Of a stretch of DNA of 63,459 nucleotides, positions 24,017 through 34,200 are shown in pieces. A model generated the notes under the pieces. The model was not told the DNA's origin and searched no databases. It saw only the letters and a list, made by a program, of their open reading frames with translations. The position numbers and the translations under genes were made by a program. The stretch comes from an uncultured Candidatus Saccharibacteria bacterium. Its GTDB lineage: Bacteria; Patescibacteriota; Minisyncoccia; Phycocordibacterales; UBA2100. How positions within the stretch are numbered: the stretch's first letter is position 1; every line of letters starts with the position of its first letter. The stretch covers positions 1 through 63,459 of the forward strand of contig CAYTFU010000006.1 of assembly GCA_964437185.1 (NCBI GenBank). Reading direction: 5' to 3'.

Positions 24017-25846
24017 TCATCTGCCGCTTCTTTTATAGAGTATGTATTTATCAAATCTCGAAACCTCAGTATACAGTGGTGTGATATTCTCAGTGTGAGG
24101 AAATTTTCCGTCAACAAGCAGGAAGTCGGGGACTCCCGAGAAGAGTAGCGCGAGGTTTTCATCTCCGCGAATGACAGTGTCGCCGTAGCGAAGATACTGG
24201 TAGTAGTTGCTCGAAGACAAGAATATGACTGCCTCGGGCACATTGTAGAAAAAAATGCTGCTATGTATGGGGATGTTACGCATGTGTTTCGAGAGCAGCC
24301 CCGAACGCTCGCTCGAGCGAAATTCAGAGATCCAGGAATGGAAAAGTGTCTGATATCCTTGGAACAGGACTAGAAGGATTAAAAATCCCGCACATGACCT
24401 TTTGAACACTTTGCGATAGCGTTCGTTCACGGGGACTTGATAAAGAGCGATGGGCAGGAAGATTAGCGCGAGAACTTCCGCTGCGAAGAAGTATCGGTAA
24501 AACCCTCGGCTCGCAAGGTAAAGGACAAAATTTATTATAGAAAAAATGTAGGCAAATAATTCGACGTGCGAAGCGCTCGCCTCTCTCCGTGAGCGAAGGA
24601 GTATCGATGCTGACCAAATAACAAGCAATGTGAGAAAGTAGATGGGTTGAGGTTCTGAGACGAACTGCATGCCAGTATGCAAAAGGCGTTCGGATAGCGG
24701 CGCACTATTAACATTAGCGGCAAAGAGGATCTGGCGAAGCGCATCGACGCTAGCAACCTGGAGAGAAAACCATACGACCAACGGACCAGAAACTCCGGCG
24801 GCGTAGACAAACATATTTTTCGAAGGGATGTGTTGCCTCAGAAGGAGAAACGTCAAAGCCGCTGATGGCGCGATAATGAAAAGATAAATCGGTTTTGTCG
24901 CCATAGACAACCCCACCAGCACGCCAGAAATAAGCCAAAGCAGGGAGTGGCGGTTTTTCTCCGCGAAGTAGAAGACGATCAGAGAGGCGATAAAAAACAT
25001 AAGGCCTGGCACTTCGCCAAGGACGTTTTTACCGTGACCGTACAGTGGTGCAAATGTTACCAATAACAAGAGAGAGGAAAGGGAAAGGAAGTATTTTTTT
25101 TCCGTGGCGAGTGCACGAATGAGGAAGTATGAACACACGCAAAGCAGCGTCATGTACAGCACCATGACCACCCGAGCGTTGAAAAGCGTCGTGCCGAACA
25201 AGGAGAAGGAGAGAGCAATTGGGTGTATCACTGGGAAGCCAGTCGTTAGAAAATCGGTGGAGACAAAGCGATGTGGAGCTATCTGAATGCCATAGATTCC
25301 TTCATTCGAGAGATTAATCGACACCTGCACAATACTTCCTTCGTCGAGCCACGTGGGGGGATTTTCTGACAGGCGAAAGAGTGCAAGGGAAAGAAATATC
25401 GCTACGGCAAGTAGAAGTGGCAAGACGTGTTGTATTGATAGCGACCATCTGCCCGGTACGGTCTCCGAATATTCACTGGTTCTGAAGACAAAGTGCCTAT
25501 AACTGTAGAAGTTGATAAACGCTATAAAGATACCGCTGATAAGTTGTGCGAGGAGGTAATGGAGGTGAGCGTATTCTACGAAGAGGTAAAGGAGTGTTGT
25601 ATTGAGGACTAGTGCGGTCACGATAACGACAAGAAAAATGGACGCTTGTGTGTGTATTCGTTCTCTTGAGGTGTCTCCAAATGTCCAAAATTTCTGCAGG
25701 GTAAAACTTACGAGAAATGATGCCCCAAATGCAAATATTGAAGAAAAAAGGTACCAGATTTGAAACATCTGAGTGAATACAAAGAGTGCCCCCAAATTCA
25801 CTATTGTTGCCGTGCCGCCCGAGACGACGAATCTCGCGATCCGCAT
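24017..25846 (-). CDS. Fusion protein: N-terminal GtrA-like domain plus GT-C (ArnT/GT39-like) membrane glycosyltransferase
   Basis: Start trimmed to the ATG at 25846. MRIARFVVSGGTATIVNLGALFVF is a GtrA signature with 4 helices. It is followed by more than 10 TM helices, with WLDEGS in the first external loop. Confidence 0.65.
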   Translation of the reverse strand: MRIARFVVSGGTATIVNLGALFVFTQMFQIWYLFSSIFAFGASFLVSFTLQKFWTFGDTSRERIHTQASIFLVVIVTALVLNTTLLYLFVEYAHLHYLLAQLISGIFIAFINFYSYRHFVFRTSEYSETVPGRWSLSIQHVLPLLLAVAIFLSLALFRLSENPPTWLDEGSIVQVSINLSNEGIYGIQIAPHRFVSTDFLTTGFPVIHPIALSFSLFGTTLFNARVVMVLYMTLLCVCSYFLIRALATEKKYFLSLSSLLLLVTFAPLYGHGKNVLGEVPGLMFFIASLIVFYFAEKNRHSLLWLISGVLVGLSMATKPIYLFIIAPSAALTFLLLRQHIPSKNMFVYAAGVSGPLVVWFSLQVASVDALRQILFAANVNSAPLSERLLHTGMQFVSEPQPIYFLTLLVIWSASILLRSRREASASHVELFAYIFSIINFVLYLASRGFYRYFFAAEVLALIFLPIALYQVPVNERYRKVFKRSCAGFLILLVLFQGYQTLFHSWISEFRSSERSGLLSKHMRNIPIHSSIFFYNVPEAVIFLSSSNYYQYLRYGDTVIRGDENLALLFSGVPDFLLVDGKFPHTENITPLYTEVSRFDKYILYKRSGR

Positions 25847-25997
25847 CTGTGCCGGGTAGGAGACACAAAGAGTGTGGTAGAGGGGTAGCAAGCCAAACAG
25901 TTCTTCCGTGTTTCCCCGCATGGTGAGCAGATTCTACCGCACTTTCCAGATGTGGGTAGCCGGAATCTCAATTTCGGCTGATCAGACCAGAAAACGA

Positions 25998-27437
25998 CTA
26001 GAAAGGATGTTGGATCCCCTGGCCAGCATTGTAGAGCCGTGTGACTTCGATGGGAGTAAGAACTCTGTTCCACACGCCGACTTCGTCAAGAAGTCCGCTA
26101 AAGTAACGATTAGTAAATGTGTCGGCACCCAGTTTGAATCCTGTGCCAATCCCGATTACGCCATTGGTCCCAGTTGATATCGAGGGAGCTGAAATTATCG
26201 GGGATATGTTGTCGTTGATGAAGAGTTTCAGCACAGATCCATCCCATGAGTATGTAAGCATGTACCATGCCCCAGGGATGAAAGTGTAATTCGCGCCAAA
26301 CTGCTCGTTGAGCGCAACGTTATTGCGTCCAATGTATATCTGCATCGTACCGTTGTCATTATAAAGTTGCACGTCATGGTATCCGTGATTGTTTGGTGTT
26401 TCGTTATCCGACCATTGAAGGAGGGTGGCAGCGGTGTTGGGGGCCGGTTGAGAGGTAACGTTGATCCAAAAGTTATAAGTAAACGGTGTAGAGTAATTGA
26501 ATCCGAGGATTGAGTTAGTGACAAGCGCCTTTGTCGTGTTGTTAGCATCTCCACTCCATCCGTTGTTTATCTTCGAGCTAACGTAGTCAGCGCTCCCAAT
26601 ATTACTTAAAATGTAGGCATTAAGTGAGGAAAACGCATCACCCGAGTTCTCGTCTAATTTCCAGTACGAGACGAGGCCATTTAGGAGGGTCGAATCGGGG
26701 GCAGGACGCAGGGCAATCTGTTGTGCGGCCCAGTCGCGTTGGCCCGCGTAGTTGATCGCGGAAGATTTCGCTCCCGATGGTCCGGCGACGGCTTGCACCC
26801 CTTCGCTCATAGCTGCTGAAGGTCCGTAGGGAGTATTCGTGATGTCGTACGTCTCGGTCATTCCGATACCGGATGAGGTGGCAAAGTGATCAACGGCGGT
26901 CTTGCCCGCATCAAAGGCGAAGAAGGTGACGATCTTTGCGTCCTCAGAGGTTGTCGTTATCGATGGAGCTTCGGCGGTTTGGCTTCTTCCTACGGCACCT
27001 CCTGCGTCGTCGATAGGATTCGTGATATCGACCCCTGAATAGCTTGTGATTCCCCCCACAGCCGTATTTTGCGGGCTGATGAGCCACGTATATGATGCGG
27101 GCTCCGAAGCGTCCGCGATTTTCCAGTAAGAGATGACGCTCACATTGGAGTCGTTGTCGGTGCGAAGAATGACATTCCAATTGGGTGATGGTGCGGTAAG
27201 TTGGGCGACGGACCCGCCATTGACCGCTATGTTGGCTACAAGAACATCGCCAGGATTCACATTTCCGGGTCGATTGATGGGTAGCTGAGTGACGTTTAGG
27301 TCCGACGAGATGCCCGTGGAGAAGGATTTCAACATCACATCTGCCACGACCATAGTCACGCTGAAAAATACCCCTACCATTATAAGAGACCCAATAACTG
27401 GGCCATCTCGAGACACTCCGCTGAAAGAATTGTGCAT
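25998..27437 (-). CDS. Membrane-anchored extracellular protein with C-terminal LamG/concanavalin-A-like lectin domain
   Basis: N-terminal TM IGSLIMVGVFFSVTMVV. C-terminal LVSYWKLDENSGD...FSGLLDEVGVWNRVLTPIEVTRLYN is typical of LamG (Laminin_G_3). Confidence 0.6.
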   Translation of the reverse strand: MHNSFSGVSRDGPVIGSLIMVGVFFSVTMVVADVMLKSFSTGISSDLNVTQLPINRPGNVNPGDVLVANIAVNGGSVAQLTAPSPNWNVILRTDNDSNVSVISYWKIADASEPASYTWLISPQNTAVGGITSYSGVDITNPIDDAGGAVGRSQTAEAPSITTTSEDAKIVTFFAFDAGKTAVDHFATSSGIGMTETYDITNTPYGPSAAMSEGVQAVAGPSGAKSSAINYAGQRDWAAQQIALRPAPDSTLLNGLVSYWKLDENSGDAFSSLNAYILSNIGSADYVSSKINNGWSGDANNTTKALVTNSILGFNYSTPFTYNFWINVTSQPAPNTAATLLQWSDNETPNNHGYHDVQLYNDNGTMQIYIGRNNVALNEQFGANYTFIPGAWYMLTYSWDGSVLKLFINDNISPIISAPSISTGTNGVIGIGTGFKLGADTFTNRYFSGLLDEVGVWNRVLTPIEVTRLYNAGQGIQHPF

Positions 27438-27554
27438 AAAATGTTTGGGTAAACGAGTAAATATATCAAGTTCAGTTTACCATCCAAATATAAGTACCCG
27501 CTGCTACGGGTGTTTCTGGTGTGATCAGTGGAAATTGCCTATAATCCAGGCATT

Positions 27555-28655
27555 ATGGAGAGCGTTACAGAAAAAAAGAGAACGCTTCACTTTATCTATA
27601 CCGTCCCGCAGGGGACACTCTTGCATCGGGGGTGGCGGCGTATGAGCGCAGCCACTGGGGTTCCACCGCTTCATCGGTGTGGCACTGATGCACTTATTGG
27701 TTGGAAGCATCCGATTCGCGCACCACACTCGATCTCGTATAACCTGCTTAAAGAATTCAAGAAAAAGTATCGCGTGAAGTTTTATAGTATGTACGAGAAA
27801 GGACTCATTCATCTCGGGCCACAGGATGTGATGATTGGGCAGCCGGTTCCAGTGGGGCAGTTTAATTATGAGGCGCGGTCGCCGACAGATGATTCTGATT
27901 CAATCGTCTCAAGAACGATTCGATCGAATCCGCACAACAAAAACAAATTCCTCATCATGCCCTTTGCAAACGACGAGGGCTACATTGGGTGGGCCAAACG
28001 TATTGCGGGCGAAGCAGACGGTCTGATTTTGATTGGTGGGGAATATTGGCAGAAGGACCTTTCGTCGACGCCGCTCGGCGATCTTACCAAGAGAGTAATA
28101 CTCGGCGTGAATATGGCAGTGGATCCAAAGGACTATCCACTCGTGAAGAAGCGTTTCAATGCAAAAGGGACGCGAAAATATCTCTACATCGGGCACACAG
28201 GCTGGTATAAAAATGTTGCACAGCTTGAGGCAATCGCAAAGAGTATTCCAGATTTTGATGGCGGACACATCGGAGTGGGAGATGTGGATGGGTGGAAAAA
28301 AATATCCGAATTTACAGAACTCTCACCCGCGTTTATGCGGAAGGTTGCGGAAGAATACGACATCAGTGTGGGCACCAGCTCTGCCGATCCACAGGCGACG
28401 ACCATTCTAGAGCAGATGTGTTTCGGCTTTCCCATGGCATGTACTCCACAGTCCGGCTATGAACATTCGTCCATTCTGTCGCTCTCGGTTTCGGACACAG
28501 CACTGAATCGAAACCTACTCATGAGCTTGCAAGAAGAGGATGAATCGTCTCTTCAGGAGCGTGCTCGTCAAAATCGGGAGTATGCGCTAAGATGCCACAG
28601 CTGGGCGGATTTCTCCAACAGCGTATTATCTTTTATATATGAGCATCAAACCTAA
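27555..28655 (+). CDS. Hypothetical protein, possibly a divergent GT-B fold glycosyltransferase
   Basis: C-terminal half YLYIGHTGWYKNVAQLEAI..TTILEQMCFGFPMACTP loosely resembles a GT-B C-domain. The ATG is at 27555; the listed start at 27528 is a GTG. Confidence 0.3.
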   Translation: MESVTEKKRTLHFIYTVPQGTLLHRGWRRMSAATGVPPLHRCGTDALIGWKHPIRAPHSISYNLLKEFKKKYRVKFYSMYEKGLIHLGPQDVMIGQPVPVGQFNYEARSPTDDSDSIVSRTIRSNPHNKNKFLIMPFANDEGYIGWAKRIAGEADGLILIGGEYWQKDLSSTPLGDLTKRVILGVNMAVDPKDYPLVKKRFNAKGTRKYLYIGHTGWYKNVAQLEAIAKSIPDFDGGHIGVGDVDGWKKISEFTELSPAFMRKVAEEYDISVGTSSADPQATTILEQMCFGFPMACTPQSGYEHSSILSLSVSDTALNRNLLMSLQEEDESSLQERARQNREYALRCHSWADFSNSVLSFIYEHQT

Positions 28656-29256
28656 AGTCACGAGAAGCGTTGTAGAGCGGTACAACTTAACATTTGATGA
28701 GTTTAAGCAGATAGAGAAACAGGTATTGGTGCAGGAGCATTTGAAACGCTATGGCTCTATTCGACGTTTTTGCTTTGGCAAAGTGCTTGACTTTGCATGT
28801 GGCTGTGGATACGGATCGTACATGCTCGCACTCAATCCCGATGTGAAGTCGGTCACCGCTATCGATATTAGCGAAGAGGCTATTGACTGGGCGAAGATGC
28901 ATTTCTCACATCCGAACATCACATACAAGATCGCCGACGCTCGCAAGGTCACAGGATCGTTTGATACACTCGTGTGTCTCGAGACCATCGAACATCTTAA
29001 GGATACAAAAATTGTCCCTGAAATTGTGGAGCGCTGCAAGGTGCAGAATGTCATCGTTTCATTCCCCGATAAAAAGACCACACACTACAATCAGCATCAC
29101 TTTCACGATTTTGTGCGACAAGAAATTGTCGATCTTTTCCCCAAACACGTCGTCTACCACGTAGTTCGATTTGCAGACAGTACGGCGATATTGCTTACGC
29201 GATTGCCCGACAATGCTCCGTCGGAGCTTTTCAGAAATCTTCGCGACCTCAACTAG
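28639..29256 (+). CDS. Class I SAM-dependent methyltransferase
   Basis: Motif I VLDFACGCGYGSYML; post-I AIDISEEAI; CLETIEHL. Confidence 0.75.
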   Translation: MSIKPKVTRSVVERYNLTFDEFKQIEKQVLVQEHLKRYGSIRRFCFGKVLDFACGCGYGSYMLALNPDVKSVTAIDISEEAIDWAKMHFSHPNITYKIADARKVTGSFDTLVCLETIEHLKDTKIVPEIVERCKVQNVIVSFPDKKTTHYNQHHFHDFVRQEIVDLFPKHVVYHVVRFADSTAILLTRLPDNAPSELFRNLRDLN

Positions 29257-29272
29257 TAAAAAAGAGGGAGGG

Positions 29273-30055
29273 TTATTTCTTTCTCAATACCCACCAGTCG
29301 GGGAGGGAGAGTGCTGTGTCTTTGGTGTACCCTCCGTCTTTCAGCAGTATCTCTTCAGCAATCATTTTTATGTGACAGAGAGATTGTTGCTCTTTTGTAT
29401 ACTCGGAGAAGTCATATATCTTTCTATAGAAAAACCACTGACTGATACTTTGCATCATGCGTGATCGCACATAGGCGAGACTCCACGAAATGTCATCGAG
29501 GAGCAAATATCCGCCCGGTTTCAATAGTTTATCCGCAAGTATTATAGCCGGTAGATCAATGTAAAACGTGTGATGCCCATCCACATAAATGACATCAAAG
29601 CGCTCACCTTTTTGAAGCATCTCAAAAAGTGTCCATGCGTATGTGCCTGTAGAATTGGTCGCAAAGCGCATATTCCTAGTGTCGAATCCTTTTAAGGCGA
29701 TCTCTTTTTGGTGGCTTTTGCACACCGACTCAAAGTCGCAAGCAGTGTAAGCGATGCCGAGCTCTTGCATTCGTGCGAGTCGTTCGAAGTGGGGGAATTC
29801 CCCGATGCCGATTTCGAGGAAGGAGCCTTTCGGAATGTGGGCAAGAATTCCGCGAATGTGCATTTCTTTGGATTTTCCAGAGTCAATGCGGGTGCCGCTC
29901 TGTTCGCGGTAGCTATGTCCGAGATTTTTACACTTGTACCAATACCATAGAGGGCGGTACGCAGTGTGCGAGATCTTTTTTGTGAGACGCAAGGTCAGTA
30001 AACGAGCTGCCTTTTTCGGCCCCAACTCTTTCAGTCGCTGTATGAGGTGGTTCAT
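29273..30055 (-). CDS. Class I SAM-dependent methyltransferase (Methyltransf_24/CmcI-like)
   Basis: FLEIGIGEFPHF, DVIYVDGHHTFY and GGYLLLDD. The start at 30055 forms an ATGA overlap with the upstream flippase stop. Confidence 0.65.
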   Translation of the reverse strand: MNHLIQRLKELGPKKAARLLTLRLTKKISHTAYRPLWYWYKCKNLGHSYREQSGTRIDSGKSKEMHIRGILAHIPKGSFLEIGIGEFPHFERLARMQELGIAYTACDFESVCKSHQKEIALKGFDTRNMRFATNSTGTYAWTLFEMLQKGERFDVIYVDGHHTFYIDLPAIILADKLLKPGGYLLLDDISWSLAYVRSRMMQSISQWFFYRKIYDFSEYTKEQQSLCHIKMIAEEILLKDGGYTKDTALSLPDWWVLRKK

Positions 30056-31320
30056 TGTGAGTGTGCGTGCGTAGCCCCTAAAAAAAGATATCCGTAGAGT
30101 AGAAACATAATACATTGCGAAGTGAGTATGGTGATCACGGCACCCCAGATTCCAAAGAGTGGGAGCAAGACAATGAAAAGTCCGATTTTGATAAGTGGTA
30201 GAACGCTTTGTGAAATGTACAACTCTTTTCGTTTCATATGCGCGGTAAGGGCAGCACTAAAGAGTGACCCGGGGGCAAACACAAGCGAAAGCGCAAGCAC
30301 CTGCGTGAATATTACGCCTTCGACGTACTTGGGGAATAAAAGTGAAAAAAGGAATGGTGCTGCAAAGATGTAAGTGCACACAATGACGAGAATAATTCCC
30401 ATCAGCATGAATATTTTTCTGGGGAGTGTTTTTTGCAGTTCTGGTAGGCTTCGCTCACTCAACTTGGGGAATGCTAACTGTGCGGGGATGTCGTTGAGAA
30501 GTTTGAGCTGCGCAATGGGAGTCTGTGCGAAGGCATACACAGCGAGGGACGCAGCACCGAGGTAGTGGTAAACCAAAATCTTATCTATGTTTTCGCCTAT
30601 CTTTCCTATAATGCCCATGGCACTTAAGTGTCGCGCATAGGATGATGTTTCTGGATCGATACGATCATTGGGGCGGAATTTTCGAAGGGTCTCCTCGCGC
30701 AATATAATGTTTACCGCAATGCCGGAGAAAAAGTACGTGGCGATCAGGAGTGAGGGGTTTTTTGTAAGAAATGTTGCTGCAATGAGAGAAATTACCGGTA
30801 CAACGTCGGCGATGCTATCGAATATTGATCCCGTCTTGAAATCCTTCTTTGCAGAAATGAACTGACTAAAAAAGGACGAGCTCACAAGAATGGGGTTACC
30901 GATTGCCACTATGAGAAACGAAAGCGCAAGTACGTTATTGCCGTTGATAAAGTAGTAGCCTGCTGCCGCGAGTGCAATTCCTACGGACCCGATGCTCCAT
31001 TTAAGATATTCACGTGTGCATACTCGAAAAGCACCTTCGTATCCACGTGCTACCGATTGGATCATCGCGGTGCTTGCGCCGGTAAGTGTGAAAGCGCCGA
31101 AGATGCCTGTTGCGGAGAGGACAAATTTATAGCTTCCGAAAACTTCGGGCGAAATTAGATTCGCCATTGAGATCGCAAGTAAAAGCGAGGTGCTCAAAGC
31201 AACGCCCTTTGCAATGACGAGCCAAAAACCGCCGCGTGCCGCGTAGACCATGTCGGTTTTGGTGTATGTTTCGCTCCAAAGTAAGAGCGTATGCGCGAAA
31301 TTCTGTAACCGCGGAAACAT
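30052..31320 (-). CDS. Wzx-type oligosaccharide flippase (MOP superfamily polysaccharide biosynthesis protein)
   Basis: 422 aa with ~12 TM helices. Typical N-terminal YTKTDMVYAARGGFWLVIAKGV and overall Wzx architecture. Confidence 0.65.
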   Translation of the reverse strand: MFPRLQNFAHTLLLWSETYTKTDMVYAARGGFWLVIAKGVALSTSLLLAISMANLISPEVFGSYKFVLSATGIFGAFTLTGASTAMIQSVARGYEGAFRVCTREYLKWSIGSVGIALAAAGYYFINGNNVLALSFLIVAIGNPILVSSSFFSQFISAKKDFKTGSIFDSIADVVPVISLIAATFLTKNPSLLIATYFFSGIAVNIILREETLRKFRPNDRIDPETSSYARHLSAMGIIGKIGENIDKILVYHYLGAASLAVYAFAQTPIAQLKLLNDIPAQLAFPKLSERSLPELQKTLPRKIFMLMGIILVIVCTYIFAAPFLFSLLFPKYVEGVIFTQVLALSLVFAPGSLFSAALTAHMKRKELYISQSVLPLIKIGLFIVLLPLFGIWGAVITILTSQCIMFLLYGYLFLGATHAHSQ

Positions 31321-31382
31321 ATTGAACCAATGCTACAGCGTGAGTCCGTCTCGCGCTAGGGGAGAGCTGGTATACTCCTGTC

Positions 31383-32144
31383 ATGAAGATTCTGGGGTTT
31401 ATCACGGTTCGTAGCGATTCGTCGCGACTCCCGAACAAGGCCCTATTACCGATACGCGGTCGAAAAGTCATCGAGCACGTGATTGATCGTGCAAAAAGCA
31501 TTCGCGGTCTGGACGGCGTGGTGTTGTGTACCTCGGCTCGTCCAGAGGACGATGTGCTCGAGGAGATTGCTCGTCCGGAGGGTATCTTGTGTTTTCGAGG
31601 CAGTCTTGAGGATAAGCTCGATCGTTGGCGAGGGGCTGCGGAGAAATTTGGTGCGGATTACATCATTACACTCGACGGAGACGACCCTTTTTTTGGGCCA
31701 GAGCTCATAGAGCAGGAAATAGTGCAGATACAAGCCGAGCAACCCGATTTTCTCAATATTCCGAAGGGGCTCGTCTGTGGCGGGGCCGAGTTTGGGATTA
31801 AAGTTTCTGCTCTCCAAAAAGTGTGCGCCATGAAAGACACGAGTGATACAGAAATGATGTGGGTGTACTTTACCGATACGGGCCTTTTTAAGGTTGTTGA
31901 TTTTAAGGTCGAGGATCCCACCTATTGGAACGAAAAAATTCGCCTCACCCTAGATTACCCGGAAGACTACGAGTTTTTCCAGCGAGTTTTTGAGGAAATG
32001 GACATGACTAGCAACACGGTGCCTCTGTGTGATATCTTGCAGATGTTGGGTGAGAAGCCTGAAATTGCAGCAATAAACTTCTTTCGTCAACAGGAATTTC
32101 TCGAAAACCAAAAGAAGAGGACGCACCTTACAATTAAGAAATAA
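31383..32144 (+). CDS. Cytidylyltransferase (SpsF/CMP-nonulosonate synthetase-like, CTP_transf_3)
   Basis: MKILGFITVRSDSSRLPNKALLPIRGRKVIEHVIDR is the signature N-terminus of the family. Confidence 0.7.
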   Translation: MKILGFITVRSDSSRLPNKALLPIRGRKVIEHVIDRAKSIRGLDGVVLCTSARPEDDVLEEIARPEGILCFRGSLEDKLDRWRGAAEKFGADYIITLDGDDPFFGPELIEQEIVQIQAEQPDFLNIPKGLVCGGAEFGIKVSALQKVCAMKDTSDTEMMWVYFTDTGLFKVVDFKVEDPTYWNEKIRLTLDYPEDYEFFQRVFEEMDMTSNTVPLCDILQMLGEKPEIAAINFFRQQEFLENQKKRTHLTIKK

Positions 32145-32191
32145 GAGCCGCATTATAATGGACGTTACGCGGCATAATTTCGCAAAATTAT

Positions 32192-33466
32192 ATGAAAAAA
32201 CCTGCCGGTGAGAAGATCAAAAAGACGAGCAATAGCTGGCGCTTTGTCGGTAACGAGGTGAAGTATGTGCGCGAAGTATTAAATTCGGGGTTCGGAAGCT
32301 CGACGTCGGGCAATATGAATCAACGTTACGAGCGCGCATTTGCCGATCGCATGGGAGCGAAATTTGCCGTTACGTCAAATTCGGGCACGTCCACACTTCA
32401 CCAAGCGCTCATGGCTTTTGGAGTGGGGCCGGGGGACGAAGTGATTGTGCCTGCGCTTACGGTGGTTATGTGCGGCTACGCCGTGATTATGTCCGGTGCA
32501 CGCCCCGTGTTTGCCGACGTTGACCCCGACACGTTTTTAATCGATCCGAAGGATGTTGAGAAGAAGATCACAAAACGTACAAGGGCGATCATGCCCGTTC
32601 ACCTGTACGGCCAAGTGTGTGATATGGATGCGATTATGCGCATCGCAAAAAAACACAAGCTCTTTGTTATTGAGGATTGCGCGCAATGTTACTTGGGTAC
32701 GGATAGGCGTGGTCGTCTCGGCGGGACGATGGGGCATGTGGGGAGTTTTAGCACCGAAAACTCAAAACACCTATCGACGGGAGATGGCGGCATTTTGGTC
32801 ACGAATGAGGAAGTTCTTGCCGAGCGAATGCGGAAGTTCGGTGGCATGGGGTTTAAGAACATCCGCGCGCTTAATGGGCAAGTGCGCAAGAATAAAGATA
32901 CGTTTCAGGATCCAAGCTACTTGCGGCATGATACCTTCGGCTACAACTACCGTCTGCCGGAAGTTGCTGCTGCGGTGGGATTGGCACAGGTGGAGCGCAT
33001 CGACCTCCTTGTAAAGAAGCGACAACACATCGCAGCTAAATACTTAAAAGCGTTAGAAGGATGCGACTGGATCGTGCCGCAATGCGCTCCTAAAGGATAT
33101 GTAAACTCATATTACACCTTTGCCGTACGCTACGAGGGGCAGGAGAAGCGGGGAGTGAGTTGGTACGATTTTCGGAAAAAGTTTATGGAATATGGTGGCG
33201 ACGGCATCTACTCCGCGTGGGCGCTCGTGTACGATGAGCCGATTATGCAACTCATTCACAAGGAGGGTCGCTTTTTCCCCGACCTGCCTGGGCAGGCGAA
33301 GCACTTTAAGGGGTATTTGAAAGGCGTGCACTGTCCGAAAGCCGAGAAATTGCAACCGCGAATCATGCAGTTTACGACCAATCAGGGGATTGAGAAAGAT
33401 ATGAACCTCCAGATGAATGCGCTCAAAAAAGCGATTGCGTTTTTCGATGCACAACACCGCACATGA
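32192..33466 (+). CDS. DegT/DnrJ/EryC1/StrS-family PLP-dependent sugar aminotransferase
   Basis: SGTSTLHQALMAFGVGPGDEVIVPALT and the Lys-containing NSKHLSTGDGG motif. Confidence 0.8.
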   Translation: MKKPAGEKIKKTSNSWRFVGNEVKYVREVLNSGFGSSTSGNMNQRYERAFADRMGAKFAVTSNSGTSTLHQALMAFGVGPGDEVIVPALTVVMCGYAVIMSGARPVFADVDPDTFLIDPKDVEKKITKRTRAIMPVHLYGQVCDMDAIMRIAKKHKLFVIEDCAQCYLGTDRRGRLGGTMGHVGSFSTENSKHLSTGDGGILVTNEEVLAERMRKFGGMGFKNIRALNGQVRKNKDTFQDPSYLRHDTFGYNYRLPEVAAAVGLAQVERIDLLVKKRQHIAAKYLKALEGCDWIVPQCAPKGYVNSYYTFAVRYEGQEKRGVSWYDFRKKFMEYGGDGIYSAWALVYDEPIMQLIHKEGRFFPDLPGQAKHFKGYLKGVHCPKAEKLQPRIMQFTTNQGIEKDMNLQMNALKKAIAFFDAQHRT

Positions 33467-34149
33467 AAAAAAAGCGCCTTGTCATTACGGGAAGTGAGGG
33501 CTTGATTGGAAAGAAACTCGTCGAGTACTTTGGAGATGCATACGAAGTTCTCAGACTCGATCGTGTCCTCGGACACGATCTCACCGACGAGCAGTTTGTT
33601 AGAGGCTGGTTTTCAAAAAATAATAATCTATACGGGATGATTGTATGTCATGCGTATAATCCGGTCCCGACGAAAGATTCAAAGCGAGTCGAACCGGTCG
33701 ACGTGCCGCTCACCGAGGTCAGAGAATACCTCGACGTGAATGTCGTGAGTGCGTTTAGTGTTTGTCGAGAATTTATTCGGCACAATACGAAAGGTTCAAT
33801 CGTAAACGTGAGTTCGCTCTACGGCGTCGCATCCCCCAAGCACCATATCTATACCGATTTCGTAAAACACGTAGGGTACTCGCTCTCGAAGGCGAGCGTG
33901 CTCATAATGTCTAAGTACCTTGCCGCCTACTACGCGCCCAATATCCGCGTCAACACCGTCATTTTTGGCGGTGTCGCGGATCCTGCACAGGACCCCCGAT
34001 TCGTGGAACGATACAGTTCGCACGCGCCGATGAAGCGCATGATGCATATTGACGAGACGGTTTCCGCGTTTGATTTTTTATTGGACGAGAAGTCGAGCTA
34101 TGTCACTGGCACGGAAGTGTATGTTGATGGTGGTTGGACTGCGTGGTAG
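33463..34149 (+). CDS. Short-chain dehydrogenase/reductase (SDR)
   Basis: ATGA overlap with the aminotransferase. VITGSEGLIGKKL, and YxxxK as YSLSK. Confidence 0.7.
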   Translation: MKKKRLVITGSEGLIGKKLVEYFGDAYEVLRLDRVLGHDLTDEQFVRGWFSKNNNLYGMIVCHAYNPVPTKDSKRVEPVDVPLTEVREYLDVNVVSAFSVCREFIRHNTKGSIVNVSSLYGVASPKHHIYTDFVKHVGYSLSKASVLIMSKYLAAYYAPNIRVNTVIFGGVADPAQDPRFVERYSSHAPMKRMMHIDETVSAFDFLLDEKSSYVTGTEVYVDGGWTAW

Positions 34150-34200
34150 TGTGCCGCGATTCTTTGATATGGAGGCATAAATCGTGGTACGGTGGTGCCT

